DNA from: Coriobacteriaceae bacterium
GTDB taxonomy: Bacteria; Bacillota_I; Bacilli_A; RFN20; CAG-826
DNA: 61,964 nt
Reading direction: 5' to 3'
Assembly: GCA_963612925.1 (NCBI GenBank)
Contig: CAVDXG010000001.1
Location: forward strand, 69,824 to 131,787
The notes under the pieces are model-generated. The model worked only from the letters and a program-made list of their open reading frames with translations. It did not search any database and was not told the origin of the DNA. Below are positions 16,723 through 25,023 of the stretch, in pieces. A program made the translations under genes and the position numbers. Numbering within the stretch: position 1 is the stretch's first letter; each line of letters begins with the position of its first letter.

Positions 16723-18453
16723 TTATTGTTTCTTAATTTCGATACCTAATTCTTCTAATTGAGAATCATCAACTTTGTTTGGCGCACCGCTCATTGGACA
16801 AGCTGCCTTCAAATTTTTAGGGAAAGCGATGACATCGCGGATATTGTCGGTTCCGCAGATTATCATGGATAATCTTTCTAAGCCGAAAGCAATTCCTCCA
16901 TGAGGTGGAGTGCCATAATCAAAAGCTTTAACAAAGAAGCCAAATTTTCTAGCGATGTCTTCTTCACTAAATCCTAATATTTCAAAGACGCGTTTTTGCA
17001 TGTCTTGATCATAAATTCTTAACGAGCCCCCGCCTGCTTCATAACCATTGATGACGATATCATAAGCTGCGGATAAACATTTGCTTGGATCGGTGTAAAG
17101 ATATTGTTCAGTTTCCTTACTAGGTCTAGTAAATGGGTGATGTAATGGCTTATAAGAGCCATCATGAATATCTTTTTCAAATAGTGGGAAGTTCACAACC
17201 CATAATAAGTCATAAGTATTTTCTTTAATTAAGCCAAGTTCGTGAGCGTATTTGCTTCGCAAAGCACCCAATAGGAAGTTGACTTGATCTAATTTTCCGG
17301 CGGCAACTAACAAAATGTCATTTTCAGAAATGTCGGTTGCTTTTGATAGTTCATTTAATTGCTCATCGGAAAAGAATTTATTTAAACTGCTTTCTAAGGT
17401 GCTGTTAACACATTTAAAAACAGCAACGCTATTTAAACCAAATTTCTTAGCTTCAAGGTTGAGTGAATCCATTACCTTTCTAGATGTTTTATCAGCGACG
17501 CCTTTTACGACGATTCCTTTGATGGCATCAGCGTTTTTAAATGTTAAAAACTCAGTATTTGATAAGACTGATTTTAAATCTATTAAATGCATAGCGAATC
17601 GTGTATCTGGCTTATCGCTACCATAGACATTAACAGCTTCTGAATAATCCATTCTTCTTAGAGGCGTTTTTACATCGACATTTAATATCTCTTTAAAAAC
17701 TAATTTCAAATAGCCCTCCATGATTGAAAGTATTTCATCTTGGTCTAGAAAAGACATTTCTAAGTCAATTTGAGTGAATTCGGGCTGACGATCTTGCCGT
17801 AAATCCTCATCTCTGAAGCATCTAGCAATTTGATAATATCTTTCTAAGCCTCCAATCATGAGAAGTTGTTTAAATAATTGAGGAGACTGTGGCAAGGCAT
17901 AGAAGGAACCATTGCTGATTCTAGATGGAACGATATAATCTCTTGCTCCTTCTGGAGTTGAAAGTACAAGGCAAGGTGTTTCAACCTCTATAAAACCTAA
18001 ATTGTCAAAATATTGATGGGCTAATTGAACGATTTTAGCTCTTTTTCTTAAATTGTTTTGTAGGCACGGTCTACGCAAATCTAGATAGCGATATTTTAAT
18101 CGCACATCTTCTAAAGCGTCAGTATCATCCGCGATTATCATTGGAGTCGTTTTAGCTTTGCTTAGAACGGTAATGCTTTCGGCAACAACTTCAATATCGC
18201 CGGTTTTTAAAGATTTATTAGCAACCTCTTTTTTTCTAATTGTTCCAACTACTTTGATTACATATTCGTTACGAATATCTGGAATAGTTGTGCTTTCATC
18301 GACAAAAATTTGGATTATTCCGCTTCGATCTCTTAAATCGATAAAAATTAATTTTCCAAGGTTTCTTTTTTTACTAACCCAACCGCAGAGGGTCACTTTT
18401 TTACCGACATCAGCTAACGATAAGTCGGTATTGAAATTAGTCCTTTCGCTCAT
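16723..18453 (-). CDS. aspS: Aspartate--tRNA ligase
   Basis: 576 aa. Class II motifs (FRDEDLR, GGGSLRI, GLERL) and N-terminal OB anticodon-binding domain. Confidence 0.95.
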   Translation of the reverse strand: MSERTNFNTDLSLADVGKKVTLCGWVSKKRNLGKLIFIDLRDRSGIIQIFVDESTTIPDIRNEYVIKVVGTIRKKEVANKSLKTGDIEVVAESITVLSKAKTTPMIIADDTDALEDVRLKYRYLDLRRPCLQNNLRKRAKIVQLAHQYFDNLGFIEVETPCLVLSTPEGARDYIVPSRISNGSFYALPQSPQLFKQLLMIGGLERYYQIARCFRDEDLRQDRQPEFTQIDLEMSFLDQDEILSIMEGYLKLVFKEILNVDVKTPLRRMDYSEAVNVYGSDKPDTRFAMHLIDLKSVLSNTEFLTFKNADAIKGIVVKGVADKTSRKVMDSLNLEAKKFGLNSVAVFKCVNSTLESSLNKFFSDEQLNELSKATDISENDILLVAAGKLDQVNFLLGALRSKYAHELGLIKENTYDLLWVVNFPLFEKDIHDGSYKPLHHPFTRPSKETEQYLYTDPSKCLSAAYDIVINGYEAGGGSLRIYDQDMQKRVFEILGFSEEDIARKFGFFVKAFDYGTPPHGGIAFGLERLSMIICGTDNIRDVIAFPKNLKAACPMSGAPNKVDDSQLEELGIEIKKQ

Positions 18454-19756
18454 TTTCTAACTCTTTTCTTTCTTCAGATTCATATTCTTCCACAAGAGAA
18501 ATTAATACTGTGCTCGCATCAGCGTAGGCAACATCAGTTTGCTCTTGGGTTTTTAAATTTTTAACTTTTAATGTTTTATTTTCTAATTCTTCTTCACCGA
18601 TGATGATAGCAAATTTAGCCTTTTTCTTTTCAGCGGCTTTAAAGAACGATTTAAACGAGCGAATTTCACTGCTATATTCAGTGATAAAGCCCATCTTTCT
18701 TAAAGAAATTGCTAATGAAAAGCCCATTGTAAAGCATTTTTCGCTCAAACAAGTTATGTAATAATCAACAATTGGTTTATTGACAAGCAAATCGCCATTA
18801 TGTAGCGACTTAAATGCTTCGCATAATCTTTCAAAACCAACAGAGAAGCCGACTCCTTCTAAATCTGGGCCACCAACTTCTTTTAGAAGGTTTTTATAGT
18901 GACCTCCACCGCCGATCGCGCCGATTTCAGGCTTGTTCTTGGAATGGAATTCGAAGACAATTCCGGTGTAATAATCAAGCCCACGAACTAAATTATCATC
19001 GATTTCGTATTTGATTTGCATTGCATCTAACACTTCCAAAGTCTTATCAAACCTCTCTTTTGCTTCTTTAGAAAGATAATCCCGAATTCTAGGAGCATTT
19101 TTAATAATTTCTTGGTCTTCTTTGACTTTGCAATCCAATATTCTTAAAGGATTTGTTTCAAACCTTCTTTTGCAATCGTCGCACATGTTATCGAGATGAC
19201 CTTTAAAATAATCGCGAAGAGCTTTGCGATAATTATCGCGGGTCTCTTCATCACCTAAAGTGTTTATCAACAATGTCACATCGTCGTTTAAGATATTTTG
19301 TAAAAAGCTTAAGCCAACAATGATAACTTCAACATCTTCATATAATGTTTTTGCTCCGACAAGTTCGACACCATATTGGTAGAATTGTCGATATCTTCCC
19401 GCCTGCGGTCTTTCATAACGGAAACATGGTCCAAAATAATAGTAACGAAGTGGTAAATCTTCATTGACATATAATTTGTTCGAAACGATTGAACGCATCA
19501 CCCCGGCGGTGATTTCTGGTCGCAAAGTTAATGAACGACCGCCTTTATCTAAAAAGGTGTACATTTCTTTATTCACAATATCGCTGCTTTCACCGACTGA
19601 GCGTTGGAATAAATTGGTGTGTTCAATGATTGGAGTAATGATGTAGTTATATCGATAGGAAACAGCGATATATTTAGCGATTAATTCTACTGAACTATAA
19701 AATTGCGCTTCATCATCTACTAAGTCATGAGTTCCTTTAACTGGATTAATTAACAT
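18437..19756 (-). CDS. hisS: Histidine--tRNA ligase
   Basis: 439 aa. GTHDL, RYERPQAGRYRQF and GGGGHY motifs. hisS-aspS pair with a 17-nt overlap. Confidence 0.95.
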   Translation of the reverse strand: MLINPVKGTHDLVDDEAQFYSSVELIAKYIAVSYRYNYIITPIIEHTNLFQRSVGESSDIVNKEMYTFLDKGGRSLTLRPEITAGVMRSIVSNKLYVNEDLPLRYYYFGPCFRYERPQAGRYRQFYQYGVELVGAKTLYEDVEVIIVGLSFLQNILNDDVTLLINTLGDEETRDNYRKALRDYFKGHLDNMCDDCKRRFETNPLRILDCKVKEDQEIIKNAPRIRDYLSKEAKERFDKTLEVLDAMQIKYEIDDNLVRGLDYYTGIVFEFHSKNKPEIGAIGGGGHYKNLLKEVGGPDLEGVGFSVGFERLCEAFKSLHNGDLLVNKPIVDYYITCLSEKCFTMGFSLAISLRKMGFITEYSSEIRSFKSFFKAAEKKKAKFAIIIGEEELENKTLKVKNLKTQEQTDVAYADASTVLISLVEEYESEERKELENERKD

Positions 19757-19827
19757 AAAAAGCCTCTCTTAACCTAGACATTATACATTTTAATATGTAT
19801 ACGGTCAATTCAAAAAGAGGCATCAGT

Positions 19828-22038
19828 CTAATGAATTACTCGGGTAATTTCGTTTATATTTTTAATGTTTTTTAAATAAGCGAAAACGTCATTTAATTGC
19901 TCGGCCCCATTTACATAAATTGTGGCCTTAATGGTAGTTTCCATTGTCGAAGGATGAAGATGAGCATTTATCTGCGTCACTGGAATATTTTTTTGATTGA
20001 GCACACCCATAACATCCATCAATAGATTCTGTCGATCGTTGCATTCGATTTTTATATCGACAGGATAAGAACTTTTTTCTAGATTGTCTTTCCAATGAAC
20101 TTCGATAAGTCGTTCTTTTTCGTTGATGATGTTAGGACAATCTTTTCTATGAACGCTGATACCTCTACCTTTGGATATATAGCCAACAATTTCATCTCCT
20201 GGAATCGGCGTGCAGCACGATGCTAAAGTGATGGCGATTTTCCCAACGTTTTTGACATAAACTGGACAGCCATCATTAATTATTTTCTCGGCTTTATCGA
20301 GCTTAAGAACTTCTTTTGGCTTAAGTTTTAGAAAGTCGATTATCGCGCTTGGAACAGGATTTTTATTGCTAACTGCAATATATAAAGCATCTAGATTTTC
20401 GACATTGAAATTGGCAAATAATTTTTCATTATTTAAAAGATTTTCCATCTCATTTTCAGAAAGACCAAAATTTTTAAATGCCTCTAAGCATGATTGCTTG
20501 CCACGATTCTTCTTTTCTTCTTTTACAAAGTCAGCATTTTGTTTGGTTAAAAATTTACGAATATGCGATTTAGCAAAGCTAGTCGTGGCGATTTTTAGCC
20601 AATCTTTGTTCGGTCCTGACGAGGCTTTAGATGTTTTTATTTCGACGATATCACCGGTTTTTAATTCGGTATTTAATGGCACCATCACATTATTTACGAT
20701 GGCTCCAACAGCTTTTTCGGCGACACCTGTATGGATTTTATAAGCAAAATCTAAAGGAGTTGCGCCGGTTGGGAGTTCGATAACTTTTCCTTTTGGAGTA
20801 AAGCAATAGACATTGGCTTCGAAAATATCATGCGATAGCGAATTCATATATTCTTTCGCATTTGAACTATCTTCCTCTGAAAGATTTACTAGATCTTTTA
20901 ACCAATGCAGTTTTTCTTCGATTTCTTTTTGTTCTTGTCGTGGATTGTAATTGCTTCCTTCTTTGTATCGCCAATGGGCAGCGATGCCGCTTTCGGCGAT
21001 TTCATCCATTTCTTTAGTTCTAATTTGTACTTCAAAAGTATTTCCATCGCCAGAAATGATGCAAGTATGAAGCGACTGATACATATTTGGCTTCGGCATT
21101 GCTATATAGTCTTTAAAACGACCTGGAATTGGAGTGTATGTGGCGTGAATTATGCCAAGTATTTCATAGCATTCGAGTTCAGTTTTTGTGATGATGCGAA
21201 TAGCCAATAAATCGAATATTTCTTCTGGTTTATGATTTTTGATATAGATTTTTCGATATATTGAATAAATTGATTTAACCCGCGATTCCATCGAAAAAGG
21301 AATGCCTTTTTTAAACAAGATATCAGCGATGCGTTTAGCAAAACTATCTAGTGATTTCTGGCCATATTTAATCTTTTTATTTACAAAGTCACAAATCTCT
21401 TTGTATTCACTTGGATGCAAATATTTTAGCGACAAATCTTCTAACTCGCTTTTAATGGTATTAATACCTAAACGATGAGCAATTGGAGCGAAGACCTCGA
21501 GAGTTTCTTTAGATAAAGCTATTTGTCTATTTGGCGGTAAAGAATCAAGTGTTCGCATATTGTGGAGACGATCTGCTAATTTGATGACAATGACGCGAAC
21601 ATCTTTTGCCATTCCTAAGAAGATTTTTCTATGATCTTCTGCCACAAATTCCTCTTCATCGCGATGCGACAATTTGAGCCTTTGAATTTTGGTTAAAGAG
21701 TCAACAATTGAGCAAGCATCATCGCCAAAAAGCTCTCTAATTTCTTCTAGCGTTGTGTCAGTGTCTTCGACAACATCGTGCAAAAGACCTGCAATAAGAG
21801 TCGTTGGTCCGCAGTTGAGGGTGGTTAAAATGTAGCAAACTTCAATTAAGTGATGAATATAAGGTTCACCGCTTTTGCGAAATTGTCCTTCGTGTTTTTC
21901 TTTGACAAATTCATAAGCTTTCTCGATTAAAGCACGCGAAGCAGGATTCGTGATATAAACATAATATTTCTCTTTCACCTCGTCAAAAGTGTGAAGATGC
22001 ATTTCTGGAGTTTTTCCTTCTCTTATCTCGTGGCTCAT
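19828..22038 (-). CDS. relA: Bifunctional (p)ppGpp synthetase/hydrolase (RSH, Rel)
   Basis: 736 aa. HD hydrolase motif (HHLIEV...LLHDVVEDT), synthetase motif (RFKDYIAMPKPNMYQSLHT), TGS and ACT-like C-terminal domains. Confidence 0.95.
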   Translation of the reverse strand: MSHEIREGKTPEMHLHTFDEVKEKYYVYITNPASRALIEKAYEFVKEKHEGQFRKSGEPYIHHLIEVCYILTTLNCGPTTLIAGLLHDVVEDTDTTLEEIRELFGDDACSIVDSLTKIQRLKLSHRDEEEFVAEDHRKIFLGMAKDVRVIVIKLADRLHNMRTLDSLPPNRQIALSKETLEVFAPIAHRLGINTIKSELEDLSLKYLHPSEYKEICDFVNKKIKYGQKSLDSFAKRIADILFKKGIPFSMESRVKSIYSIYRKIYIKNHKPEEIFDLLAIRIITKTELECYEILGIIHATYTPIPGRFKDYIAMPKPNMYQSLHTCIISGDGNTFEVQIRTKEMDEIAESGIAAHWRYKEGSNYNPRQEQKEIEEKLHWLKDLVNLSEEDSSNAKEYMNSLSHDIFEANVYCFTPKGKVIELPTGATPLDFAYKIHTGVAEKAVGAIVNNVMVPLNTELKTGDIVEIKTSKASSGPNKDWLKIATTSFAKSHIRKFLTKQNADFVKEEKKNRGKQSCLEAFKNFGLSENEMENLLNNEKLFANFNVENLDALYIAVSNKNPVPSAIIDFLKLKPKEVLKLDKAEKIINDGCPVYVKNVGKIAITLASCCTPIPGDEIVGYISKGRGISVHRKDCPNIINEKERLIEVHWKDNLEKSSYPVDIKIECNDRQNLLMDVMGVLNQKNIPVTQINAHLHPSTMETTIKATIYVNGAEQLNDVFAYLKNIKNINEITRVIH

Positions 22039-22161
22039 AATACATGGATATTATACACGCTTTTAAATTTTATTTAATAAAGGCTTAATCGTTTCAAATA
22101 AGCAAAAAAAGATTTATCTTAGACTCGCCATACCTTGTATAATAAGAATCAAGGAGAAATT

Positions 22162-23388
22162 ATGAAAAAAAGATTTTTATTTTTGATACCATTGGTATCA
22201 CTTATGCTAGCTGGTTGTGGCGAACCAGAAGATCCTGTTTCAAGCCGAACCATACCTAGCATTTCAGAAGATACTTCCGAGAAGGAAATTAATTCTATCG
22301 ACAATCCTTATTCAGTTGCTCAATTTTTGGATTATTGCAATAAAAATGTCGAAAAAGTTAATAATTCCTTCAGCGATGGCTATTTTCATGTGAAAGCCTT
22401 AGCTAAAGAAGTTGCTTACTATAATACTAGTAGTTCTGTGTTCTTTAAAATTACATTGGTTGATGCTATCGATTCTGAAGACAATATCCCTGCTTTCAAA
22501 ATTGTGAAAGGTGACGGCATAAATCAGAATATCATTTATCAAGGCGATGAAGTCCTTATCAAAGGATATGGCGAATATTACGATGGCCGTTATACTATTT
22601 ACCCTAATGGCACTGTTGATGTTAGCCCAACTCTTCTTTCCTACACAAACAAGACTTCGGAGGTCACTTTAGAAGATGGTCATCATGTCAGCTATGATGT
22701 AGAACAACTGGCTAAAAGCTATGCGAATGGTTCGAAAGTTACATTTAAGCCAACTGCTGATGATGGTTATGTTGTTAAATATGTTTTAGTTAATGGAGTT
22801 GATACAACTCCTGATAGTGATGGCAAATATTCTTTCACTGTTAATGGCCCAACTAAAGTTTTGGTTAGAGATGTTCCTGATTCATTAGTTGAGGAAGATT
22901 TGCCAGCTGGTGATTATTCAATAACTTTAACCAAGAGCATCATGCCTTTAGCTATCAATTACGGCAGTTATGAAGCTCTTGCTAAGACTGCTTATTTCCA
23001 AATTGAAGGCAAGGAAGATAGTTTTGATAAACTATATAAGAAACTAAAAATTGATTTCTCGGAAGGCTGTATTAATTCATATGATTATGATGAATTCGGC
23101 TATCTAAAAGGTAAATCTATGCTATTTTCAGTTGTTCAAGAAAATATGAAGATTTCTTCAATTGATATCGAATATTACTCTTCCTGTACATCTTTTGTTT
23201 ATAACGCTATAGATGATAGCGATGAAGACAAGGAAGTCGAAGCAAGCCCGATTGATTCAAAATACAGCAATGGCGCAGCTTGCTCATATGCTATTGATGG
23301 CAAAAACGTCTTCCTTAGAAATGATCCAGATGGCACATATAGCACCAATATGTTCTTCTACATAACTTTAAAATTGGTCGTAGCCTAA
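22162..23388 (+). CDS. Hypothetical surface lipoprotein
   Basis: AAGGAG SD 7 nt upstream of ATG 22162. Signal peptide with lipobox MLAGC-GE. The tracked start at 22135 is a TTG inside the promoter region. The body has beta-rich segments; one (VTFKPTADDGYVVKYVLVNG...) resembles a divergent InlB B-repeat. Confidence 0.6.
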   Translation: MKKRFLFLIPLVSLMLAGCGEPEDPVSSRTIPSISEDTSEKEINSIDNPYSVAQFLDYCNKNVEKVNNSFSDGYFHVKALAKEVAYYNTSSSVFFKITLVDAIDSEDNIPAFKIVKGDGINQNIIYQGDEVLIKGYGEYYDGRYTIYPNGTVDVSPTLLSYTNKTSEVTLEDGHHVSYDVEQLAKSYANGSKVTFKPTADDGYVVKYVLVNGVDTTPDSDGKYSFTVNGPTKVLVRDVPDSLVEEDLPAGDYSITLTKSIMPLAINYGSYEALAKTAYFQIEGKEDSFDKLYKKLKIDFSEGCINSYDYDEFGYLKGKSMLFSVVQENMKISSIDIEYYSSCTSFVYNAIDDSDEDKEVEASPIDSKYSNGAACSYAIDGKNVFLRNDPDGTYSTNMFFYITLKLVVA

Positions 23389-23404
23389 TTAAAGATTTCT
23401 AAAT

Positions 23405-23433
23405 TAATGGCGGACACATTGTCCGCCTTTTTC
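23405..23433. terminator. Bidirectional rho-independent terminator (lipoprotein gene / recJ)
   Basis: GGCGGAC-ACATT-GTCCGCC followed by TTTTT on the + strand and by an A/T-rich run on the minus strand. Lies between convergent stop codons. Confidence 0.75.
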
Positions 23434-23434
23434 A

Positions 23435-25009
23435 TTACTTCGATGGATTATATTTATCGATTCTAAATTCTAAAGAGATATAGCCCCGATATTCAGATTC
23501 TAAAAAATGTCCGTATATATCGATAAAAGGATTAGCTTTAACTTCTCTTTCGCTCATGTTGAAACCAAGCAGTTTGCTGTTTAGCGATAATTGAGTAGAT
23601 AAATGCTTGCCGTAAGAAATGAAATTGAGACCTCTTGAGGGGAGATTTTTGATGAGGAATGATGGCTCTTCATAACCCATTCCAAAAGGCGCGAATTTCT
23701 GAATTATATGATAGTTTTCTCGATTGATATCATAGCAACTTATTTCGATATAATCTTTATTTTCTTCCTGAATTTTATATTTTTTGCACAAAGAGAGGAA
23801 ATCGCGTTTAAAAGATTCGTAATCGCTATCTTTTATGGCTAATCCGCCCGCTAAAGCATGACCTCCACCACTGACAAGATATTTATTTAGTGAATCAAAC
23901 GCTTTCGTGACATTAAAACCTTCTTTTGATCTAATTGAACCTTTGATAATTTCTGGATTAGTTGAATCGTGAGTAAAAACGACAGTTGGAATTTTGTATT
24001 CATTTAAAAGACGATTAGCAATAAGTCCTATTAGTCCTTCTTTTAAATCCGTTTTTAAGCAGATGCCATCTTCAAATTTTAAAGATGCTAGATTAGCTAC
24101 AGCTTCTTTAGTTAAACATTTGCGTTCATCATTAACTTGCTTAATCCAATCGGCAATTTCATCAATGCTTTCATGATTCTCGCTAGTTAAAAAATCAACT
24201 AATCTGTTTGCTGAATTATCTTCTTTTATTCGTCCAATGGCGTTTATCTTTGGAGCAATTTCTAAAGAAAATGTCTTTTCATTGATGAGCTTATTATCTT
24301 GCAGTAACGAGAGAGCATAATAATGATTTTTCTCAAAGTTAGCTAAAGCTAAACGCGTGACATCGCGGTTATAATCTTTTAATTCCATTAAATCTGAGAC
24401 TGTTGATAAACCCGCTAAAGTGACTAAATAATCATCATATCTTTCTAACATTGCTCTTGAGAAAAATAGTGACATGTAACCACCAGAGCCGATGATGGGA
24501 GAAATGTTTGAAACTGTTGGATGAATTATCGCGTAGGCTTTGACCATTTCTAAAGGTAGTTCGTGATGGTCAATTACTATGACATCGATTCCTAATTCAT
24601 TAGCTTTATCAATAGCATCATTCGCAGCAATTCCATTATCGACAGTAATGATTAATTTGAAGCCTTTTTCAGCGATTTTTTCCACATTTTTAGCATTTAA
24701 TCCGTATCCATCTAAGTATCTAGAAGGTATGTAATAAGATATCGGATAATTTAATTCATTAAATGTTTTTACAACAATTGAAGTTGAACAAATTCCATCG
24801 CAGTCATAATCGCCATAAACTATAATCTTTTCTTTTCTTTCGATGGCTTGATGGATTCGATCTTTAATTTTTTCTATATCAGGAATTTTATTAATATCGT
24901 ATAAAGTTATCTCTTCTAAAGGTCGGGATAAAAACTTGAATTCATCTTCATTCAATTGATAATGCTGTAAAAGTTTCTCGAATATATCCATATTAATTAA
25001 AAAAGGCAT
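23435..25009 (-). CDS. recJ: Single-stranded-DNA-specific exonuclease RecJ (short form)
   Basis: DHH family motifs GDYDCDG, TVDNG and VIDHH, plus DHHA1 GGGHALAGG. 524 aa. Confidence 0.85.
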   Translation of the reverse strand: MPFLINMDIFEKLLQHYQLNEDEFKFLSRPLEEITLYDINKIPDIEKIKDRIHQAIERKEKIIVYGDYDCDGICSTSIVVKTFNELNYPISYYIPSRYLDGYGLNAKNVEKIAEKGFKLIITVDNGIAANDAIDKANELGIDVIVIDHHELPLEMVKAYAIIHPTVSNISPIIGSGGYMSLFFSRAMLERYDDYLVTLAGLSTVSDLMELKDYNRDVTRLALANFEKNHYYALSLLQDNKLINEKTFSLEIAPKINAIGRIKEDNSANRLVDFLTSENHESIDEIADWIKQVNDERKCLTKEAVANLASLKFEDGICLKTDLKEGLIGLIANRLLNEYKIPTVVFTHDSTNPEIIKGSIRSKEGFNVTKAFDSLNKYLVSGGGHALAGGLAIKDSDYESFKRDFLSLCKKYKIQEENKDYIEISCYDINRENYHIIQKFAPFGMGYEEPSFLIKNLPSRGLNFISYGKHLSTQLSLNSKLLGFNMSEREVKANPFIDIYGHFLESEYRGYISLEFRIDKYNPSK

Positions 25010-25023
25010 AAAGCCTTTTTATT

